Positions 48,908 through 62,250 of a stretch of 64,000 bases of DNA are shown here, in pieces. The stretch comes from Podospora anserina (Eukaryota). Location of the stretch: contig CM030337.1 of assembly GCA_017654855.1 (NCBI GenBank), positions 2,542,001 to 2,606,000 on the forward strand, written 5' to 3'. The translations under genes and the position numbers were made by a program. Under the pieces are notes generated by a model. That model was given only the letters and a program-made list of their open reading frames with translations, searched no databases and had not been told where the DNA came from. The first letter of the stretch is position 1; each line of letters starts with the position of its first letter.

Positions 48908-51900
48908 TATAGATAAATAAGGTAATACAGATTCTTATAAATTATTTAATAATTTAGCTTAGCCAGCGAGTCGAGACGGTGCGGAAATTAACCCACAGCT
49001 TTATAACAGATTCTTAGGCATATAGTTAGACTGGAGACTAAATTGGAGAGCATATAAAGGGAAGGTAGTTAAAAAGCTAAGGACTTAAGACTACGCACTA
49101 TCCAGGATTGCAGCTAAAACCTAAGGCCCAGGCCTCATTAGAGCGCGAGAGGTATATACTAAGTGCATTAGAAGCGCTATAGCTTATGGAGCTGTCAACT
49201 ACTATATACCCACTCCAACTCGAAGTCAACTACGGGGTCTAGCGAAAAGGCTAGCGAAGGCTTAAATAAGGAACTTCAGGATAGTGGCCGGAGCATATAA
49301 GGCTACACTAATTAGAAACTTAGAAACCAAAACCTAGGTGCTATACTAAACCTATACCTTAATAAAAGACTAGTAGACTTTAAAGCCCGGCCATAAAACC
49401 CATACTTATATAACGGGCAAGGACTAGATATATTAAAGTACTTACTAGGGCAGCTCGTCCAAGAAGCGTGCAATAGGATATACCGACGCTTCTAAAGATA
49501 GAAACTAGGCTAAAGACCTATCTACCCATAGGAACCCATAATTATTAAGAGAACTATTATTACTATTAATTAGTAAGTTAGCTAGCACTAAAGCTAAAGC
49601 GAGAGCCAGAAAAAGACCCCGGTACCCACGATAAAGGTAGCACTATACTAAGTTTAGGAAAACCGTTAAAGAAAATAAATCGAAGGCCGACCTACTAAAA
49701 TAGCGGACGAAGGACCACTAAAAATACTTTTTATAAATAAAACCCTAAAAAAATATAAGGATTTAACTAAAACTTAAAACTTTTTATTAATCTAAGTTCG
49801 TACCGGAATAATAAATTTACGGGACTTTATAACGAACCTTTATATAAAACTTTTAAAAGGGATACAAATTAAAAGTAATTTTTAATAATTAATTTAATAT
49901 AATTAAATAATATATAATAAAATATTTTAATATAAATATAAAATATTATAAATATAATTATAAATTATATATTACGGAATTATTTATAAACTATTTAATT
50001 TCTCTATATATATTATAGTTAACCTAACGGCAGGTCGCGCTATATGTGGGGCGCAGGTCGCGCTATATGTGGGGCGCAGGTCGCCCCTAGCTAATCATTT
50101 AGGAAGTCAGGGAACAAGCCGATCAGGGCTAAACAAAAGTGCTATAGCGCTAAGGCTCACGAGCAGTTTGTAGGATATAAAATACTAAGGATAATTAGAG
50201 GTATAGCACGACGAGCATAATGCAGGATATAATATACTAGGAGTGATCGGGCCTATAGTAAGGCGAGTACCTTACGGCCCCAAAATCTATATATACGGAG
50301 GAACTGGCTAATATAGATAAATAGTTCCGTAATATATAATTTAAATTTATATTTACGGTAATTAAGTATTTATATTAAAATATTTTATTATATATTATTT
50401 AATTATACCGAATTAATTATTAGAAATTACTTTTAATTAATATCCCTTTTAAAAGTTCTATATAGGGGTTCGTTATACGTTATATACTTACTTTAACTCT
50501 ATTATAAATAAATTAAAAGCGTTTTTTTATTACTATAGTTTAACCCGAAAACGTTTAGATAGGAAGCGTTCCGCCTAGCTTAACTATCGAAGGACTTTCT
50601 ACGGCAAACGCTAGGTCCAGGGTCACTATAGCTTAATAGCTTATTAATTACGTTAAAAAGCTTAAAACTAAAGCCCAGTAAATTAAGGAGTAAATTCTTA
50701 CTCTCTTAGCGGTTAGGCCTACGTATATAACTAAATTCCCGGCACTAGAGCACTATAAAGGCGGAAAGATAGAGTTTAGAGGTTTCTTAATCTAGTTTAA
50801 AACCTATTTTCGTTATTATCCGGAATAGTTCGATATAAAAGAATCGAAAGTAATATACGTAATTACCCGGCTTAAAAATAAAGTTTTTATTTAATTCGAA
50901 TTTATTTTTAACGATTATTATAAGGTAATAGCGGAAAATTAAAAGGAGATTACTATTTAATATTTTTAGAATTACCGAATTTTTAAAATAAAATTTAGGA
51001 AAGTATTTAGGGAATATAATAAAGGTAAACGTATATAAAAAAGGCTCGCAAATTTATAATAAATATATTTAATAGCGGAATATATTATTTAATTTAAGAT
51101 CGATAGTTTATATAGCGAAATTAACGATAAGGGGTTAATATAGATTTTTTATAATAGCTTTAAAGAAAAGGTAAAAGATAAATTATATAAGGAAAAAAGG
51201 TTTAATACTATCGATAAATATATTATTATAATTATATAGATCGATAATAAATAATTTTAGCGTCGTACGGAAAAAAAAAGTTATAATAATCGGGGTTATT
51301 ACGGAAATTATTACTTTAATAATAAATATAAATAATAATATTTAACTATTAATTACTCCGGTACTATATATTTAGGACTTATAAATATCGACGCTATATA
51401 ATAATAAAGGCCGTAAAGTTAATGTTAAAATAAAAATAATTATAAATATTTTAATTATAGTAAAGTAAAATATTTTAAAAAGAATTACCGGGTATTTAAA
51501 TAATTTAAATAAAAGAAAGAGGTTACTATAATAATTATTATATTAAAAGAACCGAGGGTTATAAAGGTCGTAGCTATTGGGTATTAGTAAAGTAAAGTAA
51601 TAAATTTCGAAGAAAACTTTAATTAATACGCCGAATAAAAGGAAGTAGAGTTCTAGAGGCTACGGAAAGTAATAAAAAAGTTAAAGGCGGAGTATAAAGA
51701 AAGAAACTTTTAAATATTAGTATTTTAGGATCGATTAATATAAATTATTATAAAAATCGTTACGGAGGTCGTTAAGGATAATAATGCTATATAGTAAGAA
51801 GGATTTATTAAATAAATAATATTAAAAAAGTAATATAGTAAATATAAAATTATTATTTTATAAAAAATATTATTATTTATAAAACTTATATATAAAAGCC

Positions 51901-54900
51901 AGGAAAAATATTAAAAAAGTAAAAAAGTTATTAGTATCGGAATTACGAAATTATTAAGAAATATATTTATATTTATATAATATATACCCTATAAAGGAAA
52001 TATAATATAACTTTATTTTAAATATCCGGAATATCGGAAAGTACCTTAGTTTTAATATATTATATACGGATATATAGAATATTATTAAAGTAAATCGCTA
52101 TACGATTATTAACCGTTTATATTAAAGTATACGAAATATTATATTAAATACGTAAACGGTTAGGATATAAATAATAATATATATTTTTAAAAAAAAATAA
52201 TATTAAGTTAATACTTAAACTTAAATTATATATTATATTTATAAAAAAAAAAAAAATAATATTATTAAATAAAAATACTTAAATAAATAATTAAATAAAA
52301 AAACTATTATTAAATATATATATAAAAAATATTAGGTACGTAAAAGACGGAAGATAGAAGGAAGTTAGGCGGATATAGTTAAAAGACTTTATATTATTAA
52401 ATAATCTAGAATAAAAAAACGTTTTTAAACGATATAACCGTTTAAAAAATAATTTACGGCCTTTCGCGGGGGTTAGTAACCTTTAACGGACTACGAATAG
52501 TATTTTCGGAAATATTAATATAAAATAAAGGTATAAGATAATAACCCGGTACTCGTTAGCGAGGTTATTACCGCATAAAAAGGAAGTAAGAAAAATAAAT
52601 ATTTTTAAATTATAACGTATTAAAAGGATATCTAAGTAATAATATTAATAAATAGAAATATAAAAATAAACTTAATTTCGCTATAATTTATATATTAAAT
52701 TAAAATACTATAAAAAAAAAAAATTAAATCGTTATATAAAAACTATTTTTAACGTAAAAAGTTTATAAAAAAATATTATTTTTAAATATTATAATTAAAA
52801 GAAAAATAATTTTAATTATATTTAATATTATAAATATAGGATCCTCGAAGGATATAATTTTAGGGTAATTATAGTATAAAGATTATAATTTAAATATCGA
52901 TTAGAGGGATAGTAATTATTTATAATTAAAAAATTTTTAAAAGTATTTAATTAACGATAGGAGATTAGGCGTATATATAAAGTAAAGTGTAAGATAAATA
53001 CCCTCTACGGTATTACTATAAGGAACTTAAAAAGTAATAATATACTTTATCGATATAAGTAGTAAGATCGAAGAAATAAAGTTAATAACGTTAGTAGAGA
53101 TATCGGAGGTTAATAAATATATTTATTATAATAATATAAAAAAAGGCGAGAAAAAAGCGGTACCGATAAAATATTAAGGATATTTAGCCTTTACGGTTAA
53201 ATATTTAAAGGGACTTTTAGAGCGAAGACCGTAAGACTACGAAATTAAATTAAAAGAAGGAATTAAATTACAGTTATTTAAAGTTTACTATATTAACGAT
53301 AAGTAAAGTAAAGAGTTATAAAAATATTTAAATAAAAATTTAAAAAGAGGATATATTAGGAAGTCTATATCGCTAATAGGATACCCCGTATTTTTTATAC
53401 TAAAAAAAAATAACGGTTTATAATTATATATAAATTATCGTTAATTAAATAACGAGACGGTAAAAAATAATTATCCGTTACTATTAATATTTAAATTATA
53501 AAGTTAATTAATAGAGGTACGATATTTTATATATTTAAATATATTTATCGAGTACGCTTATATACGGATTAAAAAAGGAAATAAATAAAAAATAATATTT
53601 CGTATACCCTATAATTATTTTAAGTATCTCGTAATACTATTTAAATTAATTAATACGCCTATAACGTTTTAATCTTTTATTAATTATATAATCCAGAAAT
53701 ACCTCGATAAAATAATAATATATTATTTTAATAATATTTTTATTTACTTATATATTTTAAAGGAATATAAATAATATATACGAAAAATATTCGACGTACT
53801 ATACGGAGCCGGACTTTTAATTAATAAAAAAAAGAGTGAATTTTATATATAAAAAATAATATATTTAAAATATTTAATATCGTTAAATAAAGTTCGTATA
53901 GAATTTAAGAAAATTACGGTAATTAAAGACTAATTTATATTATAATTATAAATATATATTAAAGAATTTTTAAGGTTTATAAATTTTTATTAAATATTTA
54001 TTTATAAATATATAAGTATCGCGCGACTATTTAATTATTTAATTAAGAAGGATATAGAATTCCGGTAAAGGTAAAAAGAGGAGTAGGCCTTTTAAGAACT
54101 AAAAAAAATTATTTTAAAGGACCCGGTATTTAAATTATTAAATCCTAATTAACTATTTAAAGTCGAAGTAAATATATTAAATTATATAATTAATAAATAA
54201 TTAGGGTAGCGAAACGACGATAGTAAATTATACCCGGTAACTTTTTTTTCGAAAAAGCTTAAAGAGGTATATTAAAATTATTTAATTTACGATAAAGACT
54301 TATTTATTATTATTAAAGCGTTCGAGGAATAAAAACTATATTTTAATAATATTAAATATAAAATATAAATCTATATAGATTATAAAAATCTATAGTACTT
54401 TATTACTATAAAAGTTTTTAATATACGGTAAATATAATAATTAAAATTTTTTTCGGAATTTAATTTTTAAATTAATTATAAAAAAAGTTCGGAAAACGTT
54501 AGAGTAAATATATTTAACCGGCGGGCCGATTATTATAAAGATATATTTAAAGAATTACTATTATTACTTAAAAAAACGTTAAACGGTACTTTTAAATATT
54601 TATTATAATTATAAATAAAGTATTATATAATATATTATAAAAAAATTATTTTTAATAAATATTAAAGGAAATTAAGTAACGATATTACGGAGTAATATTA
54701 ATAGGAAGAGCTGGAACTATAAAATATTTAAAAGGATAATTAGGGAAAATTATAGTATAAGAATCGAGCGTACGTAATACTAAGTAATAGGACGATATTA
54801 ATAATAAAAATTTATAGATTGAAGTTCGGAAGATATATAAATATCGTAAAGACTATAAAAAAGATTAAATAATATTTTAATTAACTAAAGATTAAAAATA

Positions 54901-56120
54901 ACGTTAAAGAAACTATTTAATTATACTATACGTACGAAAAAATAAAAATTACGAGGCACAAACCTTATAAATTTTTAAAGCTATTATTAATAATAAAACG
55001 ATTATAGAGTTTAATTATAATAAACTTTATTATTAAATTATTAAAATTTAAAAATATAGTAACTAGCGTTAAATACGATAGTATATTAATGGTAATCGAT
55101 AAACTTATTAAATAAATATATTTTTTACTTTATAAAGAAACTTAATCGGTAAAATAATTAATAAATATAATATTATAATATATTATATTAATATATATAT
55201 AATTAAAAAAGTTTATTACGGACCGTAATATTAAATTTATATCGAAATTTTAAAGAGCGTTAATAATAAAGCTAAAAGTAATAAATAAAGTATTTTCGGT
55301 TTACTATTTTTAAACGGACGGTTAAACGGAACGGCTTAATTAAATTATAAAATAATATTTACGGAATTATATTAATTTCGAATAAAATAATTAAATTAAA
55401 TTATTATTTATAATATAATTAATATATAATATATTATTAATTAAAATAATTAAAGTTATATCGTTTTTCGTAAACTTTAAATATAAAATAAACCTATAGT
55501 AAGGACCTAACGTTAAAGTATTTAAGGTTAGGGTTAAAGTAAATAAATTATATATATTTTATAATAAATTTAAATAAAAACTAAAGTTTATAAGGGAAAA
55601 GATACGGAAATATTATAATACTAAAAAGCTCGAAGGACCTTACTTTAAAAAAAGAAATATAATATTCTTTTCTATATATAATTTACGTATTAAAAAACTT
55701 AATAAAAAACTAAACTATAGGAAAGTAAGCTTATTTAAAGTTAAAAGGAAGATCTTAAAAACGGTATTTAAATTAAAGTTACTTAATATAATATATTTAT
55801 AATTATATATTTTTTATATTTTACTTTTAAAACTTATATTACCGGTAAATAAGGTTAATATATAAGTAATAGCGGAAAACGAAAAAAAAAATTATAATAT
55901 AAAAAAAATATTAAATTTATAATTTAATAAAAATTAATTAAAATATTTAATTAATTAATTAAAATATCCGGTTATAAATAATTTATAAGAATTATAAATA
56001 TACTTTAATTACTTAAATAAATAAAAAGAATTTTATTAACGATATTTAGACCGACTTAAATTTAAATAAAAAAGACGAGTCTCTAAATTACTACTAAATA
56101 GTAATAATATAGAGATTAAA

Positions 56121-56191
56121 GAACTTTAATAGGAATCGAACCTACGCCTTTAACGTAGTAATCGATATACTATATACTATACTATAAAGTT
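56121..56191 (-). tRNA. RIP-mutated tRNA-like cloverleaf (Gly-GCC-like) within the Gypsy 3' region
   Basis: 71 nt: AACTTTA/TAAAGTT 7-bp acceptor stem, GTAGG-TTCGATT-CCTAT T-arm (B box), TAGTATAGT A-box-like; anticodon arm imperfect. Confidence 0.55.
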
Positions 56192-56276
56192 AAAAAATAT
56201 AAAAGGAATTAAATATAAATAGTATTACGCGCTTTAATTACTTTAAAAAGTAAAAAGCGTATTAGCGGCGGTATTT

Positions 56277-56850
56277 TAAAAGGTTAAGAAGGAAGGACCA
56301 GCCACGCCCGGGTCTAAAGAAAGGTTAGGCGGCTAGTCGAAGTTTAAGGAAGGATTTAAAAAGGAAAGATTAGAAAGAATAACGGAAACGTTTACCGCCG
56401 GCGAGCTATATAGGGTAGTAAGCCGCGCGGAAAACTCTTTTTTTTCCTCCTTAAAGAGCCGAGATTCGCGACGGAAGGTAGTAAGGGCTCGAACCTTAAG
56501 GGTACGTAATTATATTTCAAAATAAAAAAATTTATTTAAAGTAATTTACTTTTTGGTATTTAAACGTTTTTTTTTTTAATTAAAGGATAGACTATAAAGA
56601 TAATTAGAAAAGGGAAAAAAAGGTTAAAGAAGAAATTTACGATTTACGTTATAAATATTATAATAAGAACGACTCGAATTAATATATAAAAAATACCGGT
56701 TATATTAAAGGGAAGTTATATTAAAAGTTATTTTCTTTATAATAAATATATTCGGGTATAATAAAATTAAATTTCTCGAAAAAATATATTTAATTACGGC
56801 GACGGTCGATATTCGTATAAATCGATTTCCTTATACGATTAAATATAACG
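56277..56850 (-). pseudogene. RIP-mutated antisense ORF of the Gypsy element
   Basis: Minus frame DRRRN..., LRTLKVRALTTFRRESRLFKEEKKEFSARL...LNFD*PPNLSLDPGVAGPS; stops are at RIP-type codons. Confidence 0.5.
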
Positions 56851-58083
56851 GTTAGGATAATAGAGGAAAGGAACTTATAGTAGAGATACGGAAGAAAGGG
56901 GGATCGGTAATTATTTTAGGAATATAATTGCCGGAGTATCGATTTAAGAAAAAAAATATTATATTATAATTAACTTAACGGTAAGTCGCGCTATATATAG
57001 GGCGTAGGTCGCCCCTAACTAATTATTTAGGAAGTTAGGGAATAAACCGATTAGGGCTAGGCAAAAGTACTATAGCGCTAAGGCTCACGAGCAGTCTGTA
57101 GGATGCAAAATACTAGGGATAATTAGAGGTATAGCACGACGAGCATAATGTAGGATGTAATGTGCTAGGAGTGATCGGGCCTATAGTAGGGCGAGTACCT
57201 TACGGCCCTAAGGTCTATATATACGGAGGAACTAGCTAGTGTAAATAAATAGTTCCGTAGTATGTAATTTAAGTTTATATTTACGGTAGCTAAGTATTTA
57301 TATTGAGATATTTTATTATGCACTGTTTAGCTACACCGAACTAATTGTTAGAAGTTACCTTTAACTAGTATTCCTTTTAGAGGTTCTATATAGAGGTTCG
57401 TTATAGTATATATAAACCTAATATTAAACTTAAATTATTTTATTTTTCCCCGGATTATAACCGACTTTTAAAAATTATAAATAATTCCTAAAAATCACTT
57501 ATAATTCTTTTATATCCCGGATAATTTACCTCTTATTAATTTATCCTCCTTTCTCTTAATTAATTACGATACCTCCTTTTCCCTATTAATTATTCTTTAT
57601 AGGTATCTATATTATATTTATAATAAACTTTTTATTTAAATAATAAATCCTATACCTAACTACCTCCTACTATACTTACGGAGAAAGCTATAAAATAGTC
57701 GAGTACTTCGTTATATAATACTTAGTATTACCGAAGCTTAGATCCTAGCTAATAAATAATATCTACACGCACCAAGATTTTAGCCTTATACTATAAGGTA
57801 TAGGGTCCCGGAACCGAAGGCTATTAAGAAAGGTCTAGGTTAGCTAATAAATTCCGCCGCTTAATAGAATATAGTTTAGCGAGGAAACTGGAATTAGAAT
57901 AGGAGGATATATTTATAGGAGAGGAAGAGATAGAAGCGGCGGCTGGAGCAAAAGTCGAGGACATCTAGCCCTCAAGGCCTTATTGGGGCCTTTCCTTATT
58001 TTGTAACTATCTAGCTTTTTCAATAACTATTTCCTATTTGTTACCGATATATGTTTTTCACCTAGCCTCAGGGCACGGTTTTC

Positions 58084-58464
58084 CTATGTAAATAGCATCA
58101 GCAGGACCGGCACACTCTTTTTAGGGTAGAACGGAGTAGGAATAATAATAATAAATAAACCAGCAAGAATCTCCACGTTTTCTTTATTTTCACCAGATGG
58201 AAAATCAAGGATGTTAACGTCTGTCACAGCTGTTGCATCGTGACCGTCGTTGATCCACTGATGGAGCTTAGCACGTGCAGAGCACGGGCCAATGCGACTA
58301 AAAAGGTTTCGCATCTCGCTGCCGCCAGACTTGTTTGTAGCTCTTTGAGCTACGTCTTGACAAAAGAGCCTGCCCGTAACCGACGGAATAGAGCCCAGAC
58401 TGTAGTTTAGCTGAATACTACTGTCATCAACCTGTCCACCTGTCCTACCCGTGACAGCTAGCAC
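58084..58464 (-). pseudogene. Possible PI-specific phospholipase C C-terminal relic
   Basis: IQLNYSLGS...QDVA....VNILDFP resembles the LNFxSG..VA..GIVxMDFP end of bacterial-type PI-PLC; no complete gene is visible. Confidence 0.3.
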
Positions 58465-59287
58465 AAAAATACAGAAGGTTACCCACTAATCTTTGCTTTA
58501 CAGTGCCTATAAAGTTCTGTAGCCCCAGTACCCCAGCAGTGAGCTACAGATATCGAGTGACAACTTCCGCTGCACTAAGTGTACTATAAATACGACCGCT
58601 TACAGGGCCCGTAGGCTGGTATGTAGCTCATATCCTTTTAACAGAACTGTAGTAGGATAAGCAGTATGTTGGTTTATATCACGATTCAACTAGGCCTTTA
58701 CCTTGATTTGCAAATTCGGTATTCGAACTTAAGCTGGTTAATTTGGACATTTCGAAATCAAACACATTTTTTCCAAGCTGAACTTGACAGGGGGGTAGGG
58801 TGGAAGAGGCAGCGCTGCTCCTAACTACACACCCCACCCAAGTCCAAAAGCGGCAATACATTTCCCTTGACCGGGAAGAACACGGATGAAACAACTTCAT
58901 TTTTGTCCCCTTTCACGGCGGCTTCTGTTGGTGGTGGATGTGTAGCATGTTGCTGCACCATTATGGCTGGAACTTCAGGCGCAATATCGTCTCTGGCAGC
59001 GCCAGTGCTGCAGACGTCCACTGTCACGGTCGTCGTTGTGGTGGAGATTACATGGACTACAGAGACCTACATATCCCTATCAGCATCTACGGCTTGCCCA
59101 ACCTGGTCCAGCACAAATCTAAGATGGGACATGGAATATCAGCAGGCATCTCAGAAGTAGGCAAAAACACTGGAAGTCAACTATCCATCTCTGCTTTGAT
59201 ACTCGTGTGTCTATCTCCCTAACCATCTCACCTCACCCGCTTTCCGTTTTCTTGTAAGTACATGCCTTTCTCATCTCCCTTTCCGCC

Positions 59288-60051
59288 TTAGTCGTTGTAG
59301 CAGCCACCGTTAACGTTCCCACCGGGATAAGGGTAGGTGTGGGGGAAGACATTGGTGGCGTGATTGCAGTTTCCATAGCCGAGCCAAATGCTGTATCTTC
59401 CGTCCTGGTAAATGTGCCCAGATCTTCCAGCCCTGTAGCCTTGGCAGCAGTTGAGTATGATATGGTTCACCTGTCTCCCGGCAGTGGAGCAAGGGATGGA
59501 AACATCCGAGCTGTTCTCCTGCAGAGAGGGTTAGCACAGTGTCACATGGGACGGTGTAGGAGGACTTACACTGCAGATGTAACTGGCGGTGGTGGATTGG
59601 CATGTCATGCGGCGGCAGCGCTTGGACGGGGCACCGCAGTTCTGGCCTAGCTTCTTGAGATCATTGGCAGCAGTGATGGACCGCTCGAGGTCGCCGGTAG
59701 CCATTGTTCCGCAGGTGAGCACCTCGGCACGCTTCTCCAGGGCCTCGAGGGCATCCTCGGGAGCGATCTCGGCAGCGTTGTACTCGGGGTTGATGGCGAG
59801 AATTTGGGCGAGAATTTCCTATAGGGCAACCGCTGGTCAGTCAAGGGATTCGGGAAGTGTTGTTGTCAAGGCAAGATGTGTACCGTAGCCGTGCCGTGAA
59901 GCTCGGTGACCTCTGTATCGGTCTTGAAGATACGACCGGTCCATGTCATTCCATCGTCCAAGTCAAGATCGGGAGCACGAGGACTGGCGACAGCAGCGAG
60001 CACGCATGGGATGGCGGCAAGGGCGAGGAGGATGCTCTTGGGGAGAACCAT
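59288..60051 (-). CDS. Small secreted Cys-rich protein with a Kex2-cleaved pro-domain
   Basis: Three exons: MVLPKSILLALAAIPCVLA..MTWTG..HGTAT|EILAQILAINPEY..LEKR-AEVLTC..C..C..C..C.|..C..CC..C..C; canonical introns; 10 Cys in the mature part. Confidence 0.85.
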
Positions 60052-62250
60052 GGTTGCTGTTTGGGCTGGTGCTGTTGAGGACGGAGCTGTGGAGTCTGAG
60101 GAGTGACGACTGAAGAGTGAAGTGAGAAGAGAGTATCGAAACAGCTGAGGACGTGCCTTCTTATAGAACGACAAGCTGATTCCCCACTGACCTCGGTTTC
60201 TCAAAGTCTCAGCTCATCATTGTTCATGGCTGCCTCAAAATCCTTGTCAAAAGGCCGACTTGTCTCACCGATCCTTGCTGTTGACTGGAGACCTTGATGA
60301 CCGGAAACCACCCTTCTTCACGGAATCTTGATGATCGGAAGGAATTAGCCGATAAGCTGGATGGATCACACTGTGTGTTTTGTGGAGCTGGCCAGCCCAC
60401 GTGTGGATGAAAGCGAATGATATCTTCTTGGTGGATCGGAAACGAGCCTTTGTTGATATACGCGAATGCAACATGTTAAGATCTCGAGTTGTCATGATAT
60501 CCACCTTCTACTGCACCCATTCATGCCGTCGGACTTTGACAGCAAAGCTGGGTCTAAGATGATAGTGCCGATTGGTTGCACTCTTCCCGCACTACCTTGG
60601 CGGTGGAGCAATTGTAGCGGGTTATGGCTGCCTATAACTGGACTCTGTGCTGGTTATTCTCCTGCCCTATCGCTGACACCGAGACCAACCCTGCAAAAAA
60701 AGATCGTCGAGGGCCATTAAAGTGGAAAAGAGGATTGGCTGTCCCATCGCATCCTCATCGCAGGTTCCAGTTCCAGTTTCCAAACCGGCTAGACATCATG
60801 GACCACGAAGATCCATCACCGAGACGAAATGCGAACTGCAGGATTCATATGGCTTTTAGCAGGCGAGAGAGTCGCATAGAACCAAAGGACTCAGGACGAG
60901 TAATGCACCTTGCCCTTGATGCATCTAGATCGTTCATCGACACGAGTTGTATGGCTACTAATTATAAGCATGGCGGACTTGTGGAAGCTTTCCGTCGACG
61001 CCAAGCTGTGTGATGATGAAGTTGCTCTCTTTGAGACCAGCAGTCAGGTTTCTCCTAAACCTTTAGCCCTGGGGCCCCAGCTTGGCCCCAGATTCATAGA
61101 TATTGGTTTCTTTTCTTTTTGCTTGTAGCTTTTTCCTATACACTACGAATAGTACCATCCTCTTCTACACAAAGGGCGTCCGACAGAAGCTCAGATATTT
61201 CCATTGAAATTACTAAAAAGGCTCGAATAATATCTAGGGTGGTCAATAACACGAGATCTTCGTGGCTTTTCTTGTGAGGTGAGGCGGCAAGTTAAAGCCA
61301 GGCCCACGATTATTTTACGCAACCGAGTCCAGCCTCCTATCGGTTTGTCCTGTGGTATTGCAATCTGTGGGCCATCTACGGGCCACGGCTTCCCCAGCCA
61401 AGCCATCAACTCGTCCAGGCCTTCGTCGCTCATGAGAATTTTCCCCTGCCATCACCATCCAATTGCATACTTAGTCTCGGGAGTGAAGGGCAAATGTTTC
61501 ATTAATTTATACTGATATTTACCACCACCGCACCCGCTATTGCGTGTCCTTGACTTCCAGTATCTATGTTATTGTCACACGGCAAGAAAACCAACAGACC
61601 ACATCACAGCCCAACAGCTATCAACCTGCACGTTGTGAGCCAACCGTGAAAGTGAAGCAGTCAATCAGAGGCATGGCGGGTATCAAAGGAATCTCACTGG
61701 CCCAGTGGTATATTGGAGGACTTGGCAGAAGCCTGAGGCCAACAAGGGCACGGGCCATGCGATGAAGGATAAAATACGCGCTCAGGATCATCAAGACTGT
61801 ATTTTCCTCTTCTTCTTCCGGTATCACAGACTTCGAGGCCATTGAAGATTATTAGCCTGAATTGAACCATGAGTTCCAAGCTCTGATATTACAGCCCTTG
61901 TCACAGTTATCCACCAGAATGTGGGGCTAGATTGGATGTTTGTGAGGAAAACAAAGTCAGCCCGTTCTTCAAAATCAAGGACACAGGAAGTAGTGGATAA
62001 AATCCGATATCAATAGGTTCTGAACTGAACTGACTAGTCTAACAAGGCCGGCTAATATATACATAGCGGCTGACTGGATAAGTCTGAGAAATGACTTCCA
62101 GTGGTGAGTCCTGAGGGCAAACCAAACCTGGTGTGAACCGGCCAAGCCAAACAGGACCAAACAGGCAACCCTTTGGCTTGTTCTAGATCCTTCTCCTCCT
62201 GCTTGTTTAGTGATGAATGAGACAGAACAGAACCTTTGTGTTGATTAGGC

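Larger units (their letters stand above)
50011..57405 (+). mobile_element. Full-length RIP-inactivated Ty3/Gypsy chromovirus (crapaud-like by LTR organisation)
   Basis: LTRs 50011-50477 and 56962-57405, TSD ATATA/GTATA. RIP-scarred RT motifs (RIKEGDEWKTAF-, YLVMPFGLTNAP-, YLDD-like at 53560-53745), integrase TDG.TERLN at ~55315 and a chromodomain-like tail at ~55880-56000. Confidence 0.93.
49828..57625 (-). mobile_element. RIP-mutated solo LTR variant split by the Gypsy insertion (49828-50010 + 57411-57625)
   Basis: Starts TATAACGAAC (RIP form of TGTGACGAAC), ends TAATA, TSD GACTT/AACTT. Confidence 0.75.
48955..58040 (+). mobile_element. 5'-truncated Tad1-like LINE ORF2 relic, interrupted at 49828-57630
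   Basis: RFLGI*LDWRLNW..ALSRIAAKT*GPGL..REVY..AIAYGA; I*VRTG..LRD|FLFK rejoins across the insert; a RIP-mutated zinc-knuckle region at ~57675-57720. Confidence 0.75.

Noticed and set aside
50011-57405. Centromere or organellar insertion to explain the AT richness
   Set aside because: TpA excess, CpA/TpG loss and TE motifs explain it as RIP; the block is only ~14 kb and is flanked by genes.
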